The translations under genes were made by a program, and so were the position numbers. DNA of 63,981 nt, the filler included, from Octopus bimaculoides (Eukaryota): the NCBI RefSeq assembly GCF_001194135.2. It is 5 parts of 5 records of this genome, joined end to end, with 100 filler letters (N's around TTAATTAATTAA, not from the genome) between each part and the next. Parts side by side here need not be neighbours in the genome. Positions count along the whole stretch, not along the records: positions 27,812 to 40,360 come from NC_068994.1; positions 40,461 to 52,201 come from NC_068986.1; 3 more parts are not named here. One strand, given 5' to 3'. Shown in pieces: positions 28,118-41,659 of this stretch (its first letter is position 1; every line of letters begins with the position of its first letter). The notes beneath the pieces were generated by a model. That model saw only the letters and a program-made list of their open reading frames with translations, ran no database searches and had not been told where the DNA came from.

Positions 28118-28151
<34 letters not shown>

Positions 28152-29381
28152 CAAAGTTAGATTTGGGTGAAATATAAATGTACACATATTCTTTCTATGC
28201 ATTTTGTTCTGTAAAATCAGATGTGTGTCTCCTGAGGAACTTTTTTATGGCTTGCTGCCTATTCCTTAGAGAAGGCGTACTTAGTTTCTTTCCCCAAGCA
28301 ATAACAGAGAATATTCATCTGAGTATATAAAGCAGTCATAACTTAAACTAACCCCGCGGTGGACACTTTAATTTGTACTTTTGAAAGCTCGTCTTAAATG
28401 AAACTAAATATATTTTATTCACTAGCGTGAACCAGGATATTGAGATACATTTAAATATCACAAGTCATATGTGTGCATGAAATAAGAATGTACGCTATTC
28501 CTTCTAGATTTTTTGATGTATGAAACAAAAGAGGAATATGGTATAAATACAAGAGATACAGGAGTTTTACTGGTGTGAAATCTCAAGGAACTCTCAGGAA
28601 TAAGTGATGTGGCATTTTACACATCCGTGAAGTTACCTCTTCTATATCATTGTTATGAGGAATAAATAAACAATGAAGGAGCTTACTGTAATACTACAAC
28701 GGCTGCTATCTCTTTTCAGAATATCTGTCTATGAAATTGGTGGAAAATACGCATGATCTGTGGAGGGGTGCGACCTATCTGCAGTACTAATATGCCTTAT
28801 AATTCTACGAAAATAAAGACAGGGGAAATACATTCTGAGAGAAAATAAGCAGTGGTGGTCAGCTTTAATGCAGTTTCTGAAAGACTGGATACCAGGCAGC
28901 CTTCTACAGCTGGGACGAGGAACCAGTTGTCTTGGAATACCTTTTCACTGGCTCTATCTCATCACAGTAAGAATAGTAATACTGAGAAATATTCACTCTC
29001 AACGTTGCTATAAAGCTTAATTATGCAGGTATCTCCTCTTACAATGTGGATCATGAATATTGTATCTCAGGGCTGGTCGGTTTCATTGCAGCGGTTAGTG
29101 TATGATGCTCATCTATGTCGTGAAATCCCACGACTTTCATAGTTCTTCACTCATGATGGCAATCTTTTGTTTAGCTACCAGCATTTCAAAAAATTTATCG
29201 AAAATATTAAAATTTGGCGTTAATGTGGATTTCTGGAGTTATTTCACTCTTTCCAGAAAAATGTTTTAAAAAAGTTATAGAGGCTTAAAATTTGATCATT
29301 TTCACCCAGCCAGGAAACAAGACTTGGAAGCTGTCATTTTGTGCGTGACAGCACATTTTGTCGGCGTCCTGAAAATAGCAC

Positions 29382-30241
29382 GTGTTGTCAACATACTTAT
29401 ATTCTACACGCGAAATATGAGTAAACAATACGTTTTTTGTAGTTTTAAGCATTTAATATGCATTTAATGCAATAAACAGCTCATTACAAATTAAATATGT
29501 TAAAAAAACAAGCATTTAAGCATTCGATATGCATTTCGGTGGGAAAAATAGTAGAACACAGTATTAGCAAATGTTTTCAATATATGTCAACACGTACTTT
29601 CTCGCAGACAAAAGAGTTCTCATGTTCGGCATGTTACTATGGAAACAGGCATGAATGCATCTGTGGTTTATGATTGGCTAAAGTTACCTAGAATTTTCAA
29701 ATTGTAATTTCTAATAACTTTTTATTTATTGATTTATCGTGAAAATGATTTTCATGGCATTCATTAATCTATAAAAGTGTATCATTACACTGAATATGAA
29801 ATCAATTCGAACAGAAATTGACGCTGGCAGCTAAACAGAAAAGATTCGATAAATCTTTTAAGTTCGTACTAATGACTAGATGTTTCTCTTTTAAGCATAT
29901 TTAATTTGTAATGTGTTGTTTATTGCATTAAATGCATATTGAATGCTTAAAACTACAAAAGACGTGTTGTTTACTCTTTCTTTCTTTTTGTTGTGAGGTG
30001 TACTAAACATAACAGCTTAATAACGTTTTTGGATAAATATTTTATTTTCGTGCTATCACATTAAATGCATATTGAATGCTTAAAACTACAAAAGACGTAT
30101 TATCTTGGTCAACAAAATGTTTGTTTTATTTTCCATTTAATTTGTAATGTGCTGTTTATCGCATTAAATGCACATTGAATGGTTAAAACTACAAAAGACG
30201 CGTTTACTCATGCGTGTAGAATACAAGTATATTGACAACAC
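29382..30241. mobile_element. Fold-back-like non-autonomous element with long internal inverted repeats
   Basis: 29382-29500 (gtgttgtcaacatacttatattctacacgc...aaattaaat) is the reverse complement of about 30135-30241. Partial extra arm copies occur at about 29890-29975 and 30057-30100. Confidence 0.65.
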
Positions 30242-30478
30242 ACTTTGGCTTACATTTGCATATCTAGCAATTTCCGTTGCTAAACTGTGTGTTGTATGAC
30301 GGCAGTCAACTCATTGAATTTTCCATCGATTTCGATAGAAGACAAGGCGTATAACATACGCCAATTATCAAACTTCATTTATGTATTATTCGCTTTTTGT
30401 CATCTATACAAGCCGTAGACATGCTTCATGCTTACTAACCTCCTATATCAAGATTTTTAAAGATCGTTCTACTTTATA

Positions 30479-30552
<74 letters not shown>

Positions 30553-33500
30553 ATCTGGATATGACTTTAAACTGCATCCAGTTGTAGGGCTCATGGGTTC
30601 AGGGGTTCCTGAGATGTGAGGAGAGTGAAACCACTCCTTAGCCATGATTGTTCCCAGGTCTAGTCAGACCCAGATTAGTAATACCTGTCAGGATCTCAGA
30701 TATGGATTAACTTATCATATGTCTGAGCACAGGGACACTTTGGTTGGTGTCAGGTCACATAGTAAAACCACCAGGAGAGAGGAACTCCTAGTAGTTATCA
30801 CAGCATCCTTCTAGATGGATACTCATATAAAACTTGAAGTTTCATGTGATTACTGGTCATATTGCTTCAGCCTGTCACTGCGCACTAATCACAGACACTC
30901 AGAGAGTAGTATTCATGTGACATAAGCACTTGTCACTATAATCCAATGACATATAGATGTGTCTTTATGGTGAGCTCATTTGTCACTCCATCTACTGAAT
31001 GTCTTACAGCAATGGAAGAGTGATGTGTGCAAACCTGGCCTGTTGGAATCATGCAGTAAGTTACAAATTTCGTCTATCATCTGTGCTTCAACCCATGTAG
31101 ATCTGCAACTGAACTGAATAGTTGTACAAAAGGTCATGGTCTGAAAGTCAGAAATTTCATTGACAACAAGGAAACACAAGGAGATGGCAGTCATTTGTGA
31201 AGATGGAGCAATCACACATACATATATACACATATATACATACATATGTAGATACACACATACATATATATATCATCATCATCTAACGTCCACTCTCCAT
31301 ACTTACATGGATTAAACAGTTTGACTGGAGCTGATGAGCTGGAGAGTTGCACCCAGGTTCTAGTCTGATTTGGCAAGGTTTCTATGATTGGATGCCTTTC
31401 CAAATATCAACTACTTCAGGAGTGTAATGGGTACTTTTATGGGCCACCAGCATGGGTGCCATTTACATGACACCAGCAACGACCATAACTATGATGCATG
31501 GGTGCCATTCACATGGCACCAGCAGCGACCATGACTATGATTCATGGGTGCCGTTTACATGACATCGGCAATAACCACTCACACATACATGCACGCACTC
31601 TCTCTCTCTCACACACACACACATACATGCGCACACACACATGCATACATGCGCGTGCACATACACGCACACACAGGTTGTGTTAGATATTTGTGAACAA
31701 ACTTTAGTGGGCCACAGAAAAAGAAAAACAATCTGCTATGCAGTATGTTCCAAATTTCATTTCTCTCAGTTCCTTTTCAGTAGTACTTACTGCCTCAAAA
31801 GCAGCTTCTAATCTGATACAGGAAATGAAGTAGCATGCTAGTCACAGTGATTCAGAGATTACTGTCTTTAACATGGCTGGGTTTGGGAAAGAGCTGGTGG
31901 CCATTGATGTGAACGTATCATCCATGGTCAAAAAGAAGAAGCATTTCCAATGTTCAGATGCTATCAGGACAGTTGAGCTTATCCAAAGGTCCAGGACAGC
32001 AGCAGCAATTAGAACCAGTTAGTGAGCTCCACCACTATCAGGCATTTGGTGCAAAGCCTATGTGGTAAAGGAAAAGCAGTTTATGTCCAGCAAGACTTGG
32101 CAGAAATGTGTGACTATATGACTCTCTAGCATTATATGGCCTCCAAGGTCTCTTGATTTGAACATTTTAATTGTTGCATCTGTAGCATTGTATTGGAAGT
32201 ATGGAGAACAACTAGTAGTGATTCTTTATTGCGGCTGGGATGGTTTTGTTGAATGGTATTTCAAAGAGAATATGCTGTGTTTTCCCTTGTTCTTGGTTGC
32301 TTGGCCCACCTTGTGTGTGTGTGTGTGTGTGTGTAGGTGCATGCATAGCTGTTTGCATGACACTTTGGGCAAATGCCTTTAACCAATGCCTTCAGATACA
32401 AATTGTGTGAACTTGCCGATAGAATTAGATAGATAAACCTGTAATTTCCAGCAGTTGCTTCACTTCCTCCCTTATGGATAGAGCATACTATGCTGTTTTT
32501 CACCTTTTGGGAGAGATTGTTATTTCCAAGAATGATTAGAAAGGAATCTTAAGTAGTTTCACAAGATTGATTTACATATTTTTTTTTATTAAACTGTCAG
32601 AAAATTATCAGGATTTACTTAGTTTTCATTTCTAAAGTCCAGTACTAAATATAAATCCTTCACATCTTTCAGTAGTTAATTCTTTTTTTATGGTTTAATC
32701 AGAGGAATAAGTGCAGAGTTTATAACTTTTTTTTTGAGATCTTCCAAGATTTGTGGTAGGAAAGTAAGAAGTTATCTTCAGTCAGGACACGTTGGCCAGA
32801 TTCTTGCAATAGTGTGTTCTCTAATAAAGGTATTCAAATATTGTTATATTTTGGGGCAGCCATTTTTTGTTTTTCCCAATTAAGCACACACACTATGTAT
32901 TCACTCTTCACTTGTTTCTTATTGTTATTATTTTACCTATGTCCATTGCCTGGAAATCTTTTGTCACACATCTGTGATCTCTTCATAGAAAGACAGAATA
33001 GACTAAACAGAACAGGAGGATAGAAGAGTTACTGAAGAGGTCACAGATGTGTGACAAAAGATTTCCAGGCAATGGACATCAGATAAAATAAGAACAATAA
33101 TAAACAAATGAAGAATAAATATATAGTGCAAGGGAAAAAATGACCATCCTGAAATAAGAAATATCTTTTCAACACACAATTCCATATCAAGAATCTTGCA
33201 AAACAAATTCATAAACATAAGGTATTCAAATACTAAACAAAACAATAAATTAAGTCTACCAGAAGCAACCTTCTTTGTGGAGGGTCAGTGGATTTCCTCC
33301 ATCATAACAGTAAGCTTGAGATGCCTTAAAGGCAAGTAATAATCAAGATGACTGCGTACAAGTGTCTTCCTAAGGACTAAGAAGATTTCATGCTTTAAAT
33401 GTTTCCAGGATCCATACCTTGTCAGTGATTGCAATGTGTATGCAAAATGAGATATCATTATTCATAATTCACAGCTCTCAAACAGATTCTGACACTAGGA

Positions 33501-36500
33501 TTGCAATATGTTCAGAATGGCAGATTTTAAATTATTGTTATTTTACACTGAGTGCTACTATTATTTTTATTACTGAAATAACCAATGTTTGGCATGTATT
33601 TAGAGCTAGATGAACTCCCTGTCTTAAATTAAATCCTATCTCGATCTCAGAAGCAACACATTTAAAATAAAATTTCTGAGTCCTGTACTTGCCTGAGTGA
33701 TTATATGTATTGTTGAATAGGTTACATGATGAGGATTTAGAGATAGAATCAATTGAAATATTGTTTTAAAGAAGTTATTGATTTGAAGTACCTTATTTAT
33801 ATTGCTGTCCGATTGCTCTGTGATATCAACCGAAATTATCAAATACACTACTGGAGTTAGGAAGGGTATCCAACCATAGGAATCAAGTAATAACAGATGA
33901 CTGGTGCCTGGTGCAGCTCTCCAGCTTACCGGCATTGATCAAACCATCTAACCCATGTCAGCATGGAAAATGGACATTAAATGATGATGATGATGGTGAT
34001 GATGATGACCATCAATTATCAACATGAGCTTTTTATTTATCAATTTGTTTGTCTGTGTGTGTGCATTCATGTATGTGTGTGTGTGTGTGTGTGTGCGTGC
34101 ATGTGTGTGCGCGTGTGTGTGTGTGTGTGTGTGTAAGGATAATGGTTGATATTTCATCAGCAAAGATAAGTTTGGTGGTGTGATGCCAGTAATGTGATGC
34201 ATTTAAAATTGGAAAAATTATTGCAGACTACTAGTCATATATTAGTTATAATTAATTGGCTATAATTAAAACTAAGCACTGTATCCAAATACAAGGCTAA
34301 CCAAATTGCTAAATGTTTTAGTGCAAGTGAATATTTGTGTCATAACAGTTTTACCAATTTTAAAAACACCACATAACTGGTATTTGACCACCAAACTTTC
34401 ACTATTTATGACAGTGGGCTGTATCTAATCACAATGAAATGGTATGAGCCAACAAAAACTTAGTGTTTATCAGTAAAAGCCATCAATCCTGATATTAATA
34501 GCCATCAGCCATCTGCAAATATTAGTATATATGACTAGGTGTATGTGTCTGAAATACAGCAACAAAAGAACAAGATTTTTCATTTTTACTTTTTCACTTC
34601 AATTTTATTTAAACAGGTTTCATAAACTTACTTTCAATACATTTATATTTAGTTATTTCAATACTGCAACCTAACCTCAATTGAGACAGACCATAGATTT
34701 GCTGGCATTTCTGTTATTTAAAACAAAGTATACTACTTTATCAATACTGTTATGGTCTATACTGTCATTAACTCTCTTAAAAAAATCTATTATCATATGA
34801 ACAAACATCAGTGGTAACTTTCAATTAGTTAATTGGAATTCCAGAGTTACCTCATGATATAGATATTTCAAATAACAGTTGTTTAGCTTTGTTGCAGTAT
34901 CAACAAATTTTTGAATACCCTTTGTTTTATGTGATATCAAATGATATAGCTTGTGCTACTAAATATTCAAATATAATTCGAATAAATTATAAAAGAAAAG
35001 CTATTAGTGGTTAGATACTTGTAGATGATGCAAAATTTTGAACATAACAAGCACATCAAAATGATGACTCTAAACAAAGGTTTTAGATATAAATTACATA
35101 TTTTAGTATTTTATTATAGCTGAAAATCCGTTGGTGATATCATATAGGTCATGATTATTAACAAGATGTAATATTAATCTTTGAACAAATTAGCATATGG
35201 TTAAATGAAACTGTTATGGGGATAGCTATATATTTTCTTCTATTCAAACCATAGAAGACTAAATAGATAATCTGTGGTGAGCTCATATGTCCCTTTGAAT
35301 GAAAGTCTTATTAACACTAATTATCCATCTACAAATTCTTGTCTAGAATTTCTGTCTGTGGTGAAATTAAAGAGATTTCATCCACAGAATGGGTAAGATT
35401 ATATTTTATTTGAGGTTGTTTTTTGGGTTTTTTTTCTGGTTGAGGAGATAAAATTATTTCCTAGTTTACTTTCTCTAAAAAATTTTTTATGAAATTTAAT
35501 TTCTTCCATGATTTTAATACATTTAATAAATCTCAGGCATGCACTTGCTTTTGTTCGTAAAGGAAGTAAAAGAAGACAATTCGTGAAAAAGACATTTCTA
35601 TAATTCATTTTCAAATTATTTCAGAAATTTTACTTGAATTTTTGACAAAATAACAGAAAAACAGAAATTTTGTATCTATAAGGAAAACCTATATATAGCA
35701 TGTGATTAAAATTGCTATCATGTTTAATTGCAGTATTACATCAGTTTATATTTATTTTCTCTAAATTATATATAGTGTCTCTGAATTATAGAGACAAGTT
35801 TAATTCATAGAGTACATTATGAATTAATAACATCTTGTCAATAGATTATCTGCTTTTCTTCTTCATGTTTTAGAAATATTGCGAAAACAAACTTAATTTA
35901 CTTCAGGATTTTTTCGCTTAGTTCTTCTTCTTTTGTGTTCTGCAAATAAAAGAAAAGAATTTATTATAAATATACCTCTCATTTTGTATTAAAAAGAAAA
36001 AAAAAGGGTTAATGATAAGGATCATTATTTCTGACATTGGTACATTCATTCCTAAACTCAACGAAATCCATAAAAGTTAAACATATCAAAGAAACCACCT
36101 CAATATACAGCAAGACCTAGCTTGTCATCTATGAACAGATAATCACTAAAAGGTCAAAACATTTCAGTGCTATTCTTTTGTAGAAACCATTTAACATATA
36201 TGCAGTATATCTACATACATACACTCACACATTCTCTCATGTTATATAAGAAGCAAGTAAAGCTTTACTAGCCAGTTGGAACTCACACCACAAGCAAACA
36301 CATTCTTGTTAGCCAAAATGTAAGCCCACCACTGGCCACAGTCACAGGGAACTAAGATCAGTCATCCAGTTACTAGCGAAAGTTCAGAACAATTCAAATT
36401 CTTTAAGAACTTTACTAACTCAACCCAACAAAACTATAACTCTTTGAAACTCACTTTCAATCTGAATACTCATGATTCTCCCAAATAAAGCTCTTAATAG

Positions 36501-38929
36501 TTCTAGTAAATACTTACTATTGCAATTAACATATGCTTGAAATACAACCTAGGTATCATCATCATCATTTAATGTCTGCCTTCCATGATAGGATGGGTAG
36601 GACAGTTTGACAGGAGCCGGCCAGGCAGAAGCCTGCACCAGACTTCTGTGACTGTTTTGGCAGAATTTTTACAGCTGGATACCCCTCCTAACGTCAAGAG
36701 AACTACAAATATGTAGGCCGTATTTGATATGAAAGGGAAGCTTAACTTTACAAGAAGCAATAGAAGTCTATAGAGTCAGTGTTAAGCCAGAGTTACAATT
36801 CAACTATCAAAAAATAAAATAAGTTCCTTCAATAAAATGCTTGTATAACTTTTCTCACAAACTCTGCAAGCATATTTAAAATAAGAATTTGAGTTTGAGA
36901 TACAATGCAGAAGAAGAAAGTAAGGAAGATAGATACATTAAGTGACTTAGGTGCATGAGTATGTGCTGAGATGTTTAAAGGATGAATGAATACAAGTACA
37001 GAGAAAGAAACTACATCTTTGAGCCAGTGTTGTTGTGTACTGGTGTATTAAACTTTGCCAATGAGCCAAATACCCTCCTTTTGAATGTAGTCTCTGATGT
37101 TTGCATATAGCAACAGCACTGTCTCAAATATGCTACCTAATGTAGGTTATACAAGAACTTTATTCAAGGTCAAGAATAAAATATTTTCTAGCTTTCAAGT
37201 TGAATCCTAGATTTTTTTTTATGCAGTTTTGGCAATATTGTATACATCTAATGCTTACAGGAGATTATTAGAAATTGAGTAATCTGACATTTTTAATAAA
37301 TGTGATAATAGTTTTAAATGAAATGTGACACAAACAGTTTTCTGAATATAAGTATCAAAAGTATTTTGATATTGTTAAAGAAGACTAATTTGTTATGTTT
37401 CCATTGAATGAAACTTCTGAGGTCTTTATTCACTCAGGAAGGGTAGGTTGAATGTACTGAATGTAAACTGCTTGGAAATTACACATTTAACCCTTCCACA
37501 TGTGTGGAAGGCTTAAATAAGATAAAAGTGTTGTATCATCTGTATAGAAGCATATGTGTGAGAGAAATATTGTGAGAGAAATATTTCAACACGGGCACCC
37601 TAGGGCTGATTGAAAGTGGCCAAAAATAGACTTCTAAATGCACATTTGCAACAGTATAATGATCTTGCAGAGATTTGAACCCCAACCTCAGGGATCATGA
37701 TTGATTTATAAATTGACCAATCAATGTGAAGCTGTGTTGTGAAATGGCTCCTCAGATGACCAAAAATTCACCCTCTTTTTCACCCTATAAAAACCATTTG
37801 CTGCTTAACATAGCTAGATGGCCTCAGGCAATTGCATAGATCACCTTAGGCACTTATACAAGGCAGACTGCTAAGACCAGACCACCTTTGGCACACAGAC
37901 ACATCACCTCAAGCAAGAAACAACTTCAGACATTCACACACAATGTACCAAAGCTAACCTTCTACAGAAACAGTGCAGTTCTCTTCTCCCAATCAGTAGT
38001 TATATTATCAACATCTTTCTTTTGGAAACAGCCAATGAAGTATATCATGTCCAGCAATGAATATGTTAAAAGTTAAAAGTTTGTGAGTTGCTTCATTTAT
38101 TATACATGCACCCAGCTAGATCACACGATGATGCCTTCAATAAAACATCACACATCCAATATCACAAACCCACAATATTGGTGACCAAGCAAGCATTTGT
38201 CACAACAATCTGAAATCCAAGAGAAAAAGAGGTATAGACCATGGTGTGGAAACTTAGTTTAGAGGTTCACATTCCGGTCATGGTTAGAGAATTTGCTGTA
38301 GTCACTTGTATTGTTCTATTTATTTGTACCCTATGACCATTATACCCATTGAAGTATAACATGAAATTATCTGTGTAACAAAACAAATTCCCTACTCAGA
38401 CATCTGTTTGAACATATGAAGTTTTAACTGCATGGTTATATGCTGTTTAATTCAATAGGGACTTTATAAATTTCATGTCTCTATCAATCTATCTCTATAT
38501 ATCTGTACATATGTGTGTGCACATGTATACACCCCCACACCCCCACATACATATACAATATTATAATTGCTCAAGTAATATAGATACTGCTGATGAGCCC
38601 CCAATAAGAGTTGAAAATTAGTCATCATTTTTTCTAATTTACTGATAAATAAGTAAATCTGACATGTTTGTGTATCTACTATATAGGTTTACACATGCAC
38701 ACACACACACACACTCATACATCAAAACACACACACATATATATATATGTTTCGTTTTTGGATTTAGTTTGCGAGATTCATTATGTGAAATCGTCAAATC
38801 GTCCAACCCATGCTAGCATGGAAAGCGGACGTTAAACAACAATGATGATGATGATGATGATAATCATAGTTTAATAGAACGGTACCTCACCGCTGCAGTC
38901 CGTTTGCTGTGTGTGTCGAGATTACTTTC

Positions 38930-40190
38930 CCATACACTTGGTAATAATTTAGCAAGCCTAGGAATGCTTGTAGCATTGTCACATTCGTCAGGGGTGGTAT
39001 ATTTCATATTGCTATCGCCCTTGATGGCTCCAGTCTGCTTATGCTTTTGTCGATTACTTGATCTAGGTTATTTTATTTTTTCCATCAAAAATTCGCATTT
39101 TTTTCTGTCAGTTTTCGCCCATATTCACTTATTCTCTCAAATATTTTATTTATATGTTCAACGTGTTGCACCTGAGACTTGCTCTTTATCAAAATGTTAT
39201 CGGTGTATGTGATGGCAATTAATCCGGTCGAGAAGTCTGTGTGCACTCTTAGCTTATTATTTTTTTCTTTTTATGTAGACTGCTGGTATTGCTCAGTCTG
39301 CATGCTCAATCTTTTCAATTATATTCAGGCTTTCCAACCTTTCTAGTTCTTTATTGACCTGGTGTACCACCGCAAACAGATTGTTCCGTTTGGGCCTGAA
39401 AATAAGTGTTGAATTTTCTTTGATAGCACTCCTTGCTTTTGTTTTTGTGCAACAACCTAAACCTTCCAAAAAACTTTCTCAAATGTTTTTTTAGTTTTTG
39501 TCTTAGTTCATCGACCTCGTTCGATTGTTTGACTGCTCCGTTTACGTTATTGCACACAACGCTTATGGGTGTATCCCATAAATTAATTTTCTCCATACAT
39601 TCAGTGCCAAATAAATTTATGGATTTTTTAAACACATAAACATTCACTTTTTTGGTTCGACCTTTGAACATTATATCACAAATGCATCACCCGTGATATA
39701 TAATTTTCATCCCGTAACACCATACGCTATTTTGTTTGGACTACATAATTTTGGTTTGCCCATTTGATCCCATGTTTTCTCATTTATGACTGTGATGTCA
39801 CTTCCCATGTCTAATTGTATTCTGACACTAGTAGTTTCAATTCTTACATTCACGATTTTCCTGCTGACAAACTATTTTTTCTTGTTTGTTCCATTTTCCT
39901 ATCATTCTAGTTTTTGCAGTGTGATTTATGTCCTGTAAACCCGCAGTGAAACCACTTTGCTTTTTTATATGGACGATCATACATGGGTTTACATCCCGAT
40001 ATTTTTTCTGTTTTTACTTCTATACCCACACTTGTGGTCCTTTGAACATACACACACCCTTGGGTAGTTAAGTACATGTCATTAAACTGTCCAGCCATGC
40101 TTGTATCCTGCTGTAAGGCAAGACACTGCACTATTGGTTCAGGGTCAGGGGCCTCAGTTGGTTGTAAATCTCTTAGTGTCTGTTTACCAC
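38930..40190 (-). mobile_element. Degenerate Ty3/gypsy LTR retrotransposon gag-protease-RT remnant
   Basis: In order across shifting frames: zinc-knuckle remnant HCGFTGHKSHC, protease-like QLDMGSDITVINEKTW, NLFGTECMEKINLWD, RT start IFRPKR...KELERLESLNIIEKIEHAD*AIPAV...LRVHTDFSTGL, then YTDNILI and KCEFLMEKIKYL...LQAFLGLLNYY. No LTR recognised. Confidence 0.85.
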
Positions 40191-40460
40191 ATACATATAT
40201 CACCACATTCACTTATATATATATATATATATATATATAGTTCAAAAAAACAATAACAAAAAAACAAAAAAACAACAAAGTGAGGACGTGATATGGATAG
40301 TATTATTGGACGCTCAGGAAAGGAAAGAGAGAGTGTATGACGTTTCGGGCGTAGCCCTTCNNNNNNNNNNNNNNNNNNNNNNNNNNNNNNNNNNNNNNNN
40401 NNNNTTAATTAATTAANNNNNNNNNNNNNNNNNNNNNNNNNNNNNNNNNNNNNNNNNNNN

Positions 40461-40538
<78 letters not shown>

Positions 40539-41439
40539 ATATATATGTGTACATATATATGTGTACATATATATATATTTGCATGTTCTTAAATAAATAT
40601 AGGTATTTACACGCACTAGCTAAAGGTTTCTGAATTCAATGAGGCGGTGCCAGATTTCACTCGACAAAGATATTTACTTAGAGAGAATTAAGTGTATGTG
40701 CATGTATGTTTATATGTACGTTCCTTTGTTTGTAGATGAATATTTTATGTATATATGCATGTGTTGTTGTGTGTTTTTGTGTGTGTATGTGCATTTGTGA
40801 ATGTATTTGTTCAATAGCAATATGCTTGAGCATAAAGCTCGTATGAAGTACCGTGATTTGTACCAGATATCAAGAAATCAATACTTTTTTTGAAGATCGT
40901 TTATAATAATGATAGAGACACGTCAGTACAATTTGTGGCAACAGATGCTAAGCAACCGTGTGGGTGGCAGTGTGTGATGGTTTGGCGAAACCGATAGAGC
41001 ACCGAACCAAATGCCATGCGATATTTGTTCCGCCTTTTTACGTTCGGGAGTTCAAATCCCATCGAGATCAAAGTATCAAACTTTGCCTTCCACCCTTCTC
41101 GGCTCGGTAAATAAAGTACCAGTTGAGTACTGATGCCGATTAAGTACCGATGTAAATGTGCATGTGTATGCGTGCGTGCGTATTGCGTAAAGACATGCGT
41201 ATACATATATATATATATATATATATANNNNNNNNNNNNNNNNNNNNNNNNNNNNNNNNNNNNNNNNNNNNNNNNNNNNNNNNNNNNNNNNNNNNNNNNN
41301 NNNAATTATTACAATTAAAAGGGTAAAGGTTTATTAATTTATTAATAAATTAACAATTAATAATTTTTTATCAAGCCCTTCGGTATGTAAACACCATTAT
41401 CGGTGGAGAACTCATTTAAAAGTTCTTATACATTTATAA

Positions 41440-41659
41440 ACATAATTAAGGGATCAGAAAAACAGTTGCTTCACCACATGCCGAAGTTCAGAAATAGCAG
41501 CCAAAATGCTGAGACTCCAACAGATAGCATTACTTGTAACTCACAAAGGCCTTTGTGAGTTACAAGTAATGCTATCTGTTGGAGTCTCAGCATTTTGGCT
41601 GCTATTTCTGAACTTCGGCATGTGGTGAAGCAACTGTTTTGCTGATCCCTTAATTATGT
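41440..41659. repeat. 220-bp loopless palindrome
   Basis: Centre ctcacaaagg|cctttgtgag between 41549 and 41550. 110-bp arms with one mismatch that I could find. Confidence 0.95.
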
